A stretch of 64,000 nt of DNA from an uncultured Ignavibacteriales bacterium (GCA_964571235.1 CAZNAI010000004.1:233836-297835); one strand, 5' to 3'. Shown: positions 1 to 9,947, numbered from the stretch's first letter. Numbers and translations: made by a program. Notes: generated by a model from the sequence alone, not told the origin.

Positions 1-38
1 TTGCCAAACCGGATTCGGTGAAGTAAATCGATTCCTTT

Positions 39-64
39 GTCATTCCCGCGAAAGCGGGAATCCA
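39..64. repeat. REP/dRS3-like palindrome GTCATTCCCGCGAAAGCGGGAATCCA
   Basis: ATTCCC-GCGAAAGC-GGGAAT perfect hairpin; matches the ATTCCC-N8-GGGAAT form. Confidence 0.7.
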
Positions 65-88
65 AGGGTGTATGACTTAAGAGTAATC

Positions 89-170
89 GCGGAAGTGGTG
101 GAATTGGCAGACACACTATCTTGAGGGGGTAGCGGAGCAATCCATGCGGGTTCAAGTCCCGCCTTCCGCA
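89..170 (+). tRNA. tRNA-Leu(GAG), long variable arm, CCA not encoded
   Basis: Acceptor GCGGAAG/CTTCCGC; anticodon arm CTATC-TTGAGGG-GGTAG; T-loop GGTTCAAGTCC. Confidence 0.96.
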
Positions 171-177
171 GAATAAC

Positions 178-213
178 AAAAACCCGTCGCTTGCAAAAGC
201 GGCGGGTTTTTTT
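178..213 (+). terminator. Intrinsic terminator after tRNA-Leu (potentially bidirectional)
   Basis: AAAAACCCGTCGC-TTGCAAAA-GCGGCGGGTTTTTTT. Confidence 0.85.
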
Positions 214-311
214 GTCGTCTGCGAAATCCTCGAAGGCAGTTGGTTTGACGCGCGCAAGCCGCCAATATTGGCCTTTTTCGCTCGCGTCAATTGTCGTATT
301 TTCACCGGCGC

Positions 312-2582
312 ATGACACTTAATCCCGGGACTCGCATCGGATCATACGAAATCATCGGCCCGCTTGGCGCGGGTGGGATGGGGCTGGTATTTCGCGCCCG
401 CGACGTTCGCTTGGGGCGCGAGGCGGCGGTCAAAGTGCTACCGGCAGATCTCACCGCCCATGCCGAGAGCCTCGCTCGCTTCGAACGGGAGGCAAAGACG
501 CTGGCCTCTCTGAACCATCCCAATATCGCCGTAATCTACGGACTTGAAGAATCCGCGGGCGTTCCGCATCTGGTGCTTGAGCTGATTGATGGCGAAACGC
601 TTGCCGCGCGGCTCGCCCGGGGGCCGCTGGAACTTCGCGACGCCTTATCTATCTGCGGACAAATCGCCGCTGGAATCGAAGCGGCGCATGAGCGCGGGAT
701 CATTCATCGCGACCTCAAACCGGGCAATGTGATGATCAATGTCTCGGGAATTGTTAAAGTCCTCGATTTCGGTCTGGCAAAAAACGACACTGCGCAAACG
801 CCGGGGACGAATCCGGCGCATTCACCTACCATGACTGCCTACTCCAGTTCAACACAGGCGGGTGTGATTCTCGGTACGGCGGCATATATGAGTCCCGAGC
901 AGGCGCGAGGGAAAGCGGTTGACCGGCGAACAGACGTCTGGTCATTTGGGTGTATCCTATACGAATGTCTGTCAGGCAAGCCGGTGTTCAGCGGCGAGAC
1001 AACTTCAGACTTACTTGCCCGCGTGTTGGAACGGGAGCCGGATTGGTCCAAGTTGCCGGCCAATACATCGTCACGGCTAAAAGAAACACTGCGCCGCTGT
1101 TTGCAGAAAGATGCCGACGCACGGCCGCGAGATATTCGTGATGTCCGGCTGGAGCTTGTTACACTCTCGTCGTCCGGAGCTGTGAACGAGACTCAGGCAG
1201 TCAATTCGGTGGGCGTGTTGCCCTTTGAGAATCAGAGCGGCGCCGAAGATGAGTTCTTTGCCGATGGCATCACCGACGAAATACTAAATGCACTCGCCCA
1301 TGTCGAAGGACTGCGGGTGCCTGCCCGGTCTTCCTGTTTCGCCTTCAAGGGTCGGCGTGAAGATTTGCGGTCGGTGGCGGAAAAACTCGATGTGACCACT
1401 ATGCTGGAAGGTACCGTTCGACGATCAGGGACAAGACTTCGAATAACCGTTCAACTCGTAAATGTAGCCGATGGTTATCAATTATGGTCGGAACGGTACG
1501 ACCGTGAGATGACCGATGTCTTCGCCGTGCAGGATGAAATCGCCAACGCGGTCGCGGGAAAACTGAAAGTAAGTTTGCAGGGATCCCGCGATATAGCCGG
1601 CGGAAGGCACGGCACGTCGAATATTGAAGCGTATGAGCTGTTCCTCCGCGGAAAAGCGTTGCAACTGAAACGCGGAAGGTATCTTCGAGATGCCATTGAA
1701 GTCTTTGAAAAAGCAATCAAGCTCGACCCGAACTATGCCGAGGCGTTGGCCTGGCTTGCTGACGCATACCGACTGCTTGGGACATTTGCGGTTGTACCGC
1801 CAACCGAAGTGATGCCCAAGGCACAGGCGTTGGCTGAGCGGGCGCTGAGTATTGATCCGCGATTGGCGGAGGCGTATGCGACCCTGGCCGATGTCGCCGC
1901 GCAGTACACCCGTGATTATCCCAAGGCAGTGGAATCATGGCGCAAGGCGCTTGAATACGATCCCAAGCATGTCCGGGCTCGGTGTGAACGGGCCTTGTGG
2001 GGGTACGGATTTGGATTGTTCTCGATTGATGAAGCTATTGCGGAGGTTCAGCGAGCCGTAGCCGACGAGCCGCTCAATGCCTGGGCAGGCGGGATGAACG
2101 CCATGGTCCATGGTTTCGCTGGACGATTCGAGGAGTCAATCGCCGAAGCCAACCGCGCACACGAGATCGACAAAGAATCGTTTGTGGCACACTGGACACT
2201 GGTGATGTGCTACTCATGGAAAGGTGCCTTTGATCAGGCGCTTGCAAAGGCCGCGGAACTGTTGGCGCTTTCCGGACGGAATCCCTGGGTATTAGCAATC
2301 TTTGGTTGGTCACTTTGCAGAGCCGAAAAAAGTCAGTGGGCGCGGGCTGTATATGATGAGCTTTCAGCCAGAGCGCGTCACGAATTTGTCTCACCATTTT
2401 GGCTGGCCGTTGCGGCCACCTCGGCCGGGTGTCAGGACGAAGCAATGAAACTGGCGGAACGGGCAGTAGCAGAGCAGGATTCGTTTGTTGTCGTGGGACG
2501 GTTTATGCCATTTTGGGAGGGGGTGCGGGCAGATGCACGGTTCTCACAGGTCACGAAGGGCGTTTGGAATTTCTCCCAATGA
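312..2582 (+). CDS. Hanks-type Ser/Thr protein kinase with TolB-N-like and TPR domains
   Basis: LGAGGMG, AAVK, HRDLKPGN, DFGLAK, GTAAYMSPEQ; SVGVLPFEN...FADGITDEI segment; TPR helices; ATG 312 preferred over TTG 291. Confidence 0.93.
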   Translation: MTLNPGTRIGSYEIIGPLGAGGMGLVFRARDVRLGREAAVKVLPADLTAHAESLARFEREAKTLASLNHPNIAVIYGLEESAGVPHLVLELIDGETLAARLARGPLELRDALSICGQIAAGIEAAHERGIIHRDLKPGNVMINVSGIVKVLDFGLAKNDTAQTPGTNPAHSPTMTAYSSSTQAGVILGTAAYMSPEQARGKAVDRRTDVWSFGCILYECLSGKPVFSGETTSDLLARVLEREPDWSKLPANTSSRLKETLRRCLQKDADARPRDIRDVRLELVTLSSSGAVNETQAVNSVGVLPFENQSGAEDEFFADGITDEILNALAHVEGLRVPARSSCFAFKGRREDLRSVAEKLDVTTMLEGTVRRSGTRLRITVQLVNVADGYQLWSERYDREMTDVFAVQDEIANAVAGKLKVSLQGSRDIAGGRHGTSNIEAYELFLRGKALQLKRGRYLRDAIEVFEKAIKLDPNYAEALAWLADAYRLLGTFAVVPPTEVMPKAQALAERALSIDPRLAEAYATLADVAAQYTRDYPKAVESWRKALEYDPKHVRARCERALWGYGFGLFSIDEAIAEVQRAVADEPLNAWAGGMNAMVHGFAGRFEESIAEANRAHEIDKESFVAHWTLVMCYSWKGAFDQALAKAAELLALSGRNPWVLAIFGWSLCRAEKSQWARAVYDELSARARHEFVSPFWLAVAATSAGCQDEAMKLAERAVAEQDSFVVVGRFMPFWEGVRADARFSQVTKGVWNFSQ

Positions 2583-2616
2583 TCTCGGCTCCAAGTACTC
2601 ATCTTCGCGGCGCTAC

Positions 2617-3105
2617 TCACGCCTCTTTCAACAGAGATTCCAGATCGAGCGGCTCAGTAAACATTTCCAGTTCGCCGTTATCGTTCTTGGGCCACTCTTC
2701 GCGGGGTCGGTCGCGGTATAACTCAATTCCATTTTGGTCCGGATCGCGAAGGTAGATCGCCTCGCTGACACCGTGATCGGCGGCGCCGTCGATCGGCCAG
2801 TTGTGGTCGAGCAGTCGCTGAAGTGTTTGCGCCAGCGCCACGCGGCTCGGAAGGAGAATGGCGAAATGAAAAAGCCCTGTTGCATGCGGCGGGGGAGGAG
2901 TGCCGCCGCGGCTTTCCCACGTATTCAACCCAATATGATGATGATATCCGCCGGCAGACAAAAAGGCGGCCTGGCGTCCCATACGGGCGGTCAATTCAAA
3001 ACCGAGTATCTCTGTGTAGAAATGAAGTGCTCGGTCAAGGTCGGACACCTTCAGGTGAATATGTCCGATGACCGTCTTCGGGTCGATCAATTGCGACTTG
3101 GACAC
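2617..3105 (-). CDS. VOC family protein (catechol-2,3-dioxygenase CatE-like)
   Basis: IGHIHLKVSDL, GGYHHHIGLNTW, GLFHFA, DHGVSEAIYLRDPDQNGIELY. Confidence 0.88.
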   Translation of the reverse strand: MSKSQLIDPKTVIGHIHLKVSDLDRALHFYTEILGFELTARMGRQAAFLSAGGYHHHIGLNTWESRGGTPPPPHATGLFHFAILLPSRVALAQTLQRLLDHNWPIDGAADHGVSEAIYLRDPDQNGIELYRDRPREEWPKNDNGELEMFTEPLDLESLLKEA

Positions 3106-3107
3106 AC

Positions 3108-3596
3108 TTACTTCCGCTGTTTCCAGATTTCGTAATTCTGGCGCATCTGTTCAATGTGGCCGTGGGTGTGGTGCTCGTATATATCCAGCCAACGGCTCAT
3201 CGACATGATACCGGCCTCGGGGTGGACAATGGTCCGCTCCCAGACCGGGTCGGGGAGATTCTTGATGAGTTCGTATGTCGACTTGCGGAGCGCACGAAAC
3301 AGATCAAGCGCGGTCTCGGTGCTCAGATTGTGGTAGTGCATGAACCGGGCCCACTTGTCTTGATCGTAGGCGTATATCGTATTCCCCGGTTCAGAAAGAA
3401 AAACGCGGGCGCGGACAAACGAATTGGCTTCAGAATCGGCCAAATGGATCACAATTTCATGGATCGACCAGCGATCCGGCGACGGCTTGTACTGCCACAT
3501 TTCTTTGGGAAACTCTTTGAGTGCGGCGATCAATAACTCATGAGCGCGGCCGTACGATTCGATCTTGTCTGTGCGATTAGCGAACGTGGTAGTCAT
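3108..3596 (-). CDS. DinB/YfiT-like (DinB_2) metal-binding protein, putative thiol transferase
   Basis: WSIHEIVIHLADSE, YDQDKWA, HHTHGHIEQ. Confidence 0.85.
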   Translation of the reverse strand: MTTTFANRTDKIESYGRAHELLIAALKEFPKEMWQYKPSPDRWSIHEIVIHLADSEANSFVRARVFLSEPGNTIYAYDQDKWARFMHYHNLSTETALDLFRALRKSTYELIKNLPDPVWERTIVHPEAGIMSMSRWLDIYEHHTHGHIEQMRQNYEIWKQRK

Positions 3597-3649
3597 AGAC
3601 CTTTCCTTTTCGTTACCGGCAGGTGTGTGTACCCGTTAGAACTGAGCAA

Positions 3650-4312
3650 TTATTGGATTGTTCGCCGCCGATCAAGAGAAAAGTACAAAACCACCACCAG
3701 AATATTCGTCGCCAGTGATCCGACAGCCAGTGGGGTTTCGCCGGGTGGAGCCGGCGCCAGTAGGCCGCCGTAGACGGTCATTCCCGCAATGAAAAAAGTG
3801 AGAAGGCCGATCAGCCATTTTCGGAGAGAAGAAATTTCGGTGCTGTGTGTGAGATAGAGCCAGAGTCCAAAGGCGGCAAACGAAATTTCGATGCCTAAGG
3901 CTTTCGGCATCTGGTCCCAGAGCCCCAGGCCGAGTTTTTGGGTGCTACTTCCGGCAAGTGGCAAATCCTGAGTATGTTCAATCCAGTCACAAGTCCAGTG
4001 TAGAAAGACCGCGGCTCCCAAGATTATCCCCGCCCTCAGTCGCTTCGATGTGCGAATAACAGCACAGCCGACTCCAAAAGCGAGTGCCGAGTAAAGCAGA
4101 GCCGCAACCAGTGAGTGCGAATATGGAAAATCGAAGGAGAGAAAATGAATGTCGGAATAATTCGGCGGAATCGCCACGTGCTCGGCGCCGATCAGAACGA
4201 GCACCCACAACACGATATCCAAGAAAAGCGATGCGGTGACCAGCCAGCCGACATTCAACTTTGGCTCCGCCTTTTTGAGTGCAAGCCCTACCCCCACGTG
4301 ACCTAGGAACAT
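3650..4312 (-). CDS. Membrane-bound metal-dependent hydrolase-like protein
   Basis: N-terminal MFLGH, PYSHSL, LHWTCDWIEH motifs; several TM helices. Confidence 0.7.
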   Translation of the reverse strand: MFLGHVGVGLALKKAEPKLNVGWLVTASLFLDIVLWVLVLIGAEHVAIPPNYSDIHFLSFDFPYSHSLVAALLYSALAFGVGCAVIRTSKRLRAGIILGAAVFLHWTCDWIEHTQDLPLAGSSTQKLGLGLWDQMPKALGIEISFAAFGLWLYLTHSTEISSLRKWLIGLLTFFIAGMTVYGGLLAPAPPGETPLAVGSLATNILVVVLYFSLDRRRTIQ

Positions 4313-4314
4313 CG

Positions 4315-4698
4315 CTACTCCTCTAGAAGTCCGTGCCAGTCAACAGTCATCAGCTCACCCTGGTGACCGTCGGGATCAAAAAAGTACAAACTCTTGTGCG
4401 GCGTCTGCCAGTTGTGTTCGACGACCTCGCATCCGAGTTTAAGTAGCCGTTGGCGAAAGATTTCGAGTTCGTCAAGTTCGATTTGTACAGCGTAGTGAAC
4501 ATGCTGACCAGCCCGTGAGCCGTGCAAGCCCACTTTGCCTGCTTTCCAAATTCCCAGGGTGGTACCACTATCGAAGACAAAGGCAACCGCCGACCGATCG
4601 TCCCACTTTGATATCCGCGCCTTTGGAAATAGGGTAGCATAAAAAGAAATCGACCGATCAAGATCGGCCGATTCCAGATGAACTTCGAGTAATCGCAC
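4315..4698 (-). CDS. VOC/glyoxalase family protein
   Basis: LEVHLESADLDRSISFY, HVHYA, SLYFFDPDGHQGEL. Confidence 0.85.
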   Translation of the reverse strand: MRLLEVHLESADLDRSISFYATLFPKARISKWDDRSAVAFVFDSGTTLGIWKAGKVGLHGSRAGQHVHYAVQIELDELEIFRQRLLKLGCEVVEHNWQTPHKSLYFFDPDGHQGELMTVDWHGLLEE

Positions 4699-4725
4699 GT
4701 CGTCGGGGAGGGCCCGTGAAGGCGG

Positions 4726-5094
4726 CTAATTTTCGATATACTTCCCAAGAATCTGGTGCATCCGCGAGGTCATCTTGGAATTGGGGAGGACCTCGTTGGC
4801 CCCGGCGGTCAGGGCCGCTTTCATTTGGTCGGCCATGATGTGGGGGGAGTAGCACACGATCGGGATCCGCTTGGTCGCATTGTACGAACGGAGCTTGTTG
4901 ATAAGCGAGGGGGCCTCGATCCCGTTTAGGTTCAGGTCGATGATGATCAGGTCTGGGAGCAGTTCCTGCGCTTTGACAAATATCTCTTCGGCGCGGATGG
5001 CTTTTATCCCTTCCGCTTCCATCGTGTCCAAGATTGACATGATCTTTGAGGTAAAGATCATGTTATTAACAGCTATTAGTACCTTTTTGCTCAA
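4726..5094 (-). CDS. Single-domain response regulator receiver (atypical)
   Basis: PDLIIIDLNL, IPIVCYS, ALTAGA; TTG 5094 follows GAGGGAGG RBS. Confidence 0.75.
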   Translation of the reverse strand: MSKKVLIAVNNMIFTSKIMSILDTMEAEGIKAIRAEEIFVKAQELLPDLIIIDLNLNGIEAPSLINKLRSYNATKRIPIVCYSPHIMADQMKAALTAGANEVLPNSKMTSRMHQILGKYIEN

Positions 5095-5342
5095 CTCACC
5101 CTCCCTCTTCCCTTCTGAAGGAACTCTCGGGTTTAACAAACTGAGAGTGAACCAATTATACGCAAAATTCGGTCGAATCGCCAGCTAATTGCGGTTTTGG
5201 TGTCAACAAAAAACAGACCGCATTGTAAGCCGTTGATCAGTAATTGATTGCAACGGCGCCTCCTTTCGGGTCTTTTCGGGTACTGAAGTGGCGATGAGGA
5301 GGTTTTAGTTGAAGTTGGCTTGTGAAGCTGGTAGCTAAGAGC

Positions 5343-6755
5343 ATGAAACATACGAAGATACTCGCGACTTACGGACCCTCGGTCAACTCAGCCGCCAAAT
5401 TGGCAGAATTGCTTGCGGCGGGAGCGAACGGAATCCGGGTCAACTGCTCGCACGGTGATCCGGCAAGTCATGAAAAAGCTGTCCGAACCATTCGACAGGC
5501 CGCCAAAAGCACCCAGTACCCGGTGGCGGTGTTGTTTGATATCTCCGGTCCCAAGCTACGGCTGGACCAGTTTGAGGGTGAGATTACGGTGTCCCAGGGG
5601 GACCGGATAACCCTGACCAAGAGTGGGACCGACTTGGCCAAGCGGCAGGTGGCGGTCAACCATTCGGCCATAATCGAATCGCTCAAAAAAGGTGAGCGGT
5701 TTTATGTCGATGACGGTCGGGTGGAGTTTCGCATTACGTCAACCTCGCGCGATTCGGTAACGGCCGAGGCGATCAACGGTGGCGGGCTGACCTCGGGGAA
5801 GGGAGTCAATTTGCCCGACACCAATTTAGCAATTGGAACAATCACCGCCAAAGACAAGAAAGACCTTGAAGCGGCAGTGAAACTCGGCGCCGATCTGGTC
5901 GCCATTTCATTTGTCCGGTCCGGCGATGACATAATAGAGGCCAAGCAGATCATCAAGAAATTCGGCGGCAACCAGCGTGTCATAGCCAAGCTGGAAAAGC
6001 GCGAAGCAATCGAAAAGCTCGAAAACATCCTATTACTCTGTGATGGCGTCATGATCGCCAGGGGCGATCTGGGCGTAGAGTTGCCGCCGGCCGAAGTACC
6101 CCATATCCAGCGTGAAATAATTCGGCAAGCCAATCGAAATCATAAGCCGGTGATTGTGGCGACTCAAATGCTCGAGTCGATGCGGTTTTCGCCAAGGGCA
6201 ACGCGAGCGGAAATCAGCGACGTCGCCGGGGCAGTGTATGATTATGTCGACACCGTCATGCTCTCGGCGGAAACCGCCAGCGGACAGTATCCGGTCGAGG
6301 CGGTCAAAGTAATGGCGGATGTAATCAAAGCAACCGAAAGCTCAGCGCCGGCCCGGCGGGTCGTGCTCGATGAATATCTCATTTCCTCGCCGCAAGCACG
6401 GGGGATTGCCGAAGCGGTTCGCTCGACAATCGATGCCTGCCCGGTCGCTGGAATTTTTGCATTTACCACTTCCGGCTTCAGCGCCGAGCTGATCTCAATG
6501 CTCTTCCCGCCGTATCAGGTCATCGCCCTTACGCCGGATGAAGAAGTTTTGCGGCGGCTGGCATTGCGACGATCGGTCTATTCCATAAAATCGGCGCATC
6601 CGAAATCAATTGACGATATGGGGAAGAAAGTCGATCAGATTTGCCGCGAACATAAATTGGCCAAAGCGGGCGAGCGGGTGATTATCTCCGGTGGTGCGCC
6701 GTTTGGATCGACCACCCCGACAAACTTCATGATGATCCACGAGGTACGTAAATGA
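5343..6755 (+). CDS. pyk: Pyruvate kinase
   Basis: TKILATYGP, RVNCSHG, IAKLEK, DGVMIARGDLGVE, ATQMLESM, MLSAETASG. Confidence 0.97.
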   Translation: MKHTKILATYGPSVNSAAKLAELLAAGANGIRVNCSHGDPASHEKAVRTIRQAAKSTQYPVAVLFDISGPKLRLDQFEGEITVSQGDRITLTKSGTDLAKRQVAVNHSAIIESLKKGERFYVDDGRVEFRITSTSRDSVTAEAINGGGLTSGKGVNLPDTNLAIGTITAKDKKDLEAAVKLGADLVAISFVRSGDDIIEAKQIIKKFGGNQRVIAKLEKREAIEKLENILLLCDGVMIARGDLGVELPPAEVPHIQREIIRQANRNHKPVIVATQMLESMRFSPRATRAEISDVAGAVYDYVDTVMLSAETASGQYPVEAVKVMADVIKATESSAPARRVVLDEYLISSPQARGIAEAVRSTIDACPVAGIFAFTTSGFSAELISMLFPPYQVIALTPDEEVLRRLALRRSVYSIKSAHPKSIDDMGKKVDQICREHKLAKAGERVIISGGAPFGSTTPTNFMMIHEVRK

Positions 6756-7603
6756 AGAAGATCATAGCGTTCGTACTCGCGTTACTAGTTTCTTCCGGCC
6801 AGCTATCGGCACAGTCCAAACGGATCGCGGTGACCTTCGACGAACTCCCCGTGGCGCAGTCGTTCGTACAAGTCAACGGCGAAGAACTGACCGGGCAGAT
6901 TTTGAGCGCTCTCAAAGAATTCAATATCAAGGCAACCGGATTTGTTTTGGGCGAGCAGGTAGCGACCTCGGCTGATCTTGTCGGCCAGTGGCTCAATGCC
7001 GGACACACTCTTGGCACAATGACCTGGTCGAATCAGGATTTCCACGATGTCGGCGTGGGTGAATTCATGCGCCAGGTGAAGGGAGGAAAGGACGCCCTCG
7101 AACCAATTCTCAAGCAGTTTGGCCAGAAGACCCGTTGGTTCCGCTACCCATTCCTACACTACGGCGCCACTACCAGCGATCGCGCCAAGGCGCGCGATCT
7201 GCTGTCATCAAATAATATGACTGTCGCGCACGCAACAGTGATGACAGACGACTTCCTATACAATCTCAAGCTCGAGCAATTAGGGCCGCGGGCCGACACA
7301 GGGCGTCTGGACCAACTAAATCTCGAGTACACCATGCACGTCATGGACGAACTGCACCGTCAGGAAGAGCTGGCCCTCGCAGTAGCCGGACGGCCGGTGA
7401 TTCACATTCTGCAACTGCGGGCCAATCGCCTCAATGCGCTCTTCTGTTGGAGTATTTTCGACGCGCTCAAAACCGACGGATACAAGTTTGTGCCGTTGGC
7501 CGAAGCTTTGGCCGACCCGGCTTACACGATCACCGAAAAGTACACCGGTAGTAAAGGTGTCGGATATCTTGATATGGTTGCTCAAAGCCGTAAGAAAAAG
7601 TGA
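6752..7603 (+). CDS. Secreted polysaccharide deacetylase (NodB/CE4)
   Basis: Signal peptide; IAVTFDE, KATGFV, FRYPFL; CE4 metal ligands partly substituted (TFDE, MTWSN). Confidence 0.85.
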   Translation: MKKIIAFVLALLVSSGQLSAQSKRIAVTFDELPVAQSFVQVNGEELTGQILSALKEFNIKATGFVLGEQVATSADLVGQWLNAGHTLGTMTWSNQDFHDVGVGEFMRQVKGGKDALEPILKQFGQKTRWFRYPFLHYGATTSDRAKARDLLSSNNMTVAHATVMTDDFLYNLKLEQLGPRADTGRLDQLNLEYTMHVMDELHRQEELALAVAGRPVIHILQLRANRLNALFCWSIFDALKTDGYKFVPLAEALADPAYTITEKYTGSKGVGYLDMVAQSRKKK

Positions 7604-7736
7604 CAGTTCTCGAGGGGTTGCGGCCGGGGCTAAATCACTAAGCCTCAATTGAAATCCGATAGGACATTGAATTTTTTCCTGAATTGATTACCTTGAGAGT
7701 GACCAAGGTACTTCCAGTTGACTATTGGCGTCCAGA

Positions 7737-9947
7737 ATGAAATTCGTTGTTCTCCTGTTTCTCGGTATAACACTGATCGCCGGGTTCGTTTCCGGTCAGG
7801 GTTTTTATGATCCTGACAGTATACACACTATCGAGCTGACATTCACTCAGCCCAACTGGGACTATATTCTCGACACTCTGTACGACCGGGGCCTCAAACA
7901 ACGGCTTCTGGGTACAGCCGTCATCGATGGCGTCGTGTTCGACAGTGTCGGGGTGCGGTACAAAGGGAATAGTACCTACAGCCCGAGCCGTGTGAAGAAT
8001 CCACTGAATATCAAGCTCGACTACGTGATCGACGGTCAGGAAATACAGGGGTACGGGACACTAAAGCTGGCCAATTCGTGGTCTGACCCCAGCTTTATTC
8101 GCGAGGTTCTGGGATATGAAATTGCCCGAAAGTACATGCCGGCCGCGCTGTGCAATTATGCCAACGTCTATGTGAACGGTTCACTGATCGGGTTGTACGT
8201 AAGTGTCCAGGACTATGACAAGCTCTTTTTGCGATCACATTTTTCCACCGACGAAAATCCGTTCTTCGAAGGCACCTACGAAGGGATTCCGCCGGGCAAC
8301 TTAACGGTACTCGGATACCTCGGCGAAGACTCCTCGCTTTACTCCCCATATTACGAGATGGAATCCGATACCGGATGGAGCGATCTGATAGACTTTCTTG
8401 ACACCTTGAATGACCACCCGGTGGCGGTCGATTCAGTGCTGAATATTGACCGTCACTTATGGATGCTGGCCTTTGATTTTCTGATGGTCAACTTAGATGC
8501 TCCGATCAACATGTACCACAACTACTACCTCTATCGTGAACAGTCCGGACAATTCCACCCGATTCTGTGGGACCTAAATATGAATTTCGGAGGCTTTAGA
8601 AGATTGGTCTCAGGGGGAAATCTCGGTCTGAACGCAATGCACCAACTCGACCCATACACACACCTGACCAATTTTCGGTACCCGTTGATCAATAAGTTGC
8701 TGACCACCGATACACTAAAACGCAAATACATCGCGCATATGAAGACCATGATGACGGAGAATTTCTCCAACGGGTGGTATCAGATCCGTGGAGCCGAGCT
8801 ACAGAGCATCATAGCAGACGATGTTCAGGCCGACCCGTACAAGTTTTACTCCTTCACAAATTTCCAGGCCAACCTGACCTCAACCGTGCTTGAGGTAGTC
8901 GGCATTGAACAGCTCATGACGGGGCGAGTGGCGTACTTGAGTAGTCGCGACGATTTTCTGGCGACGCCCCCGAATATTACAGCAATTGCACATGCACCTG
9001 CAATTCCGATGGCGCATACCCCGGTAGTTGTCACCGCTCACGTGTCCGGCGCAACAAGTGTCGAACTCAATTACAAGACCAATCCAGTCGACCCCTTTGC
9101 CGCAATTCCGATGTATGACGACGGCGCTCACAGCGACGGCCAGGCAGACGACGGTTTCTGGGGCGCGACCATTCACGCCGGAATCACGAGCGTGCACTAT
9201 TACATTTATGCGGAGAATGATGACGCGGGTATCTTCGAGCCGGCGCGGGCTGAATTTGAAGACTCGGTAATATCTGTGAAGTTCCCCTCAGCAACCGATC
9301 TTGTTATTAATGAATTCATGGCCGACAATACAACCTCGGTCGCAGACCAGAACGGCGAGTACGAAGACTGGATAGAAATTCACAATCCGACCTCCAGCTC
9401 GGTCTCCTTACAGTACTGCCACTTATCGGACAAAATTGCAACGCCGGGGAAATGGACATTCCCTGATACCTCGATAAACGCCGGCGGATACATTACTATC
9501 TGGGCGGATCAGGATACGACACAGATCGGCCTGCACGCGAATTTTGCGCTATCAAAATCCGGCGAGGCGGTTGTCCTGTCCGATTCATCGTTGGCTATAA
9601 TCGACACAATTACATTCGGCGCTCAGGTGACCGACTCAAGTTACGGCCGCTGTCCGGATGGAGCGGGGGGCTTTGGATTCATGGCTGAAACTTTCGGAGC
9701 CGTGAACAACTGCGCGAATTGTTGCAAAGGTCTGACCGGCAATATCGATTGCGATCCAGGGAACGGGATTGATATCGCCGACCTCTCTCGTCTGATCGAT
9801 TACCTGTTTATATCTCTTTCACCGCTTTGTTGTGACGCATCGGCCAACTCCGACGGCGACCTTGCTGGAAGGGTCGATATCGCTGATCTCACTGCGTTGA
9901 TCGATTTTCTCTATATCAGTCTCACTCCGCCAGCCACCTGCAAGTAG
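7737..9947 (+). CDS. CotH-family kinase + DDG..DG anchor-like motif + lamin-tail domain + C-terminal dockerin
   Basis: Signal peptide; GVRYKGNST, DPSFIREVL, WDLNMNFG; MYDDGAHSDG; VINEFMADN..DWIEIHN; two DIADL..LID.L dockerin repeats. Alternative TTG start at 7725. Confidence 0.88.
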   Translation: MKFVVLLFLGITLIAGFVSGQGFYDPDSIHTIELTFTQPNWDYILDTLYDRGLKQRLLGTAVIDGVVFDSVGVRYKGNSTYSPSRVKNPLNIKLDYVIDGQEIQGYGTLKLANSWSDPSFIREVLGYEIARKYMPAALCNYANVYVNGSLIGLYVSVQDYDKLFLRSHFSTDENPFFEGTYEGIPPGNLTVLGYLGEDSSLYSPYYEMESDTGWSDLIDFLDTLNDHPVAVDSVLNIDRHLWMLAFDFLMVNLDAPINMYHNYYLYREQSGQFHPILWDLNMNFGGFRRLVSGGNLGLNAMHQLDPYTHLTNFRYPLINKLLTTDTLKRKYIAHMKTMMTENFSNGWYQIRGAELQSIIADDVQADPYKFYSFTNFQANLTSTVLEVVGIEQLMTGRVAYLSSRDDFLATPPNITAIAHAPAIPMAHTPVVVTAHVSGATSVELNYKTNPVDPFAAIPMYDDGAHSDGQADDGFWGATIHAGITSVHYYIYAENDDAGIFEPARAEFEDSVISVKFPSATDLVINEFMADNTTSVADQNGEYEDWIEIHNPTSSSVSLQYCHLSDKIATPGKWTFPDTSINAGGYITIWADQDTTQIGLHANFALSKSGEAVVLSDSSLAIIDTITFGAQVTDSSYGRCPDGAGGFGFMAETFGAVNNCANCCKGLTGNIDCDPGNGIDIADLSRLIDYLFISLSPLCCDASANSDGDLAGRVDIADLTALIDFLYISLTPPATCK

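Noticed and set aside
89-5139. Genomic island integrated at tRNA-Leu
   Set aside because: No duplicated tRNA 3' end, integrase or transposase was found in the window.
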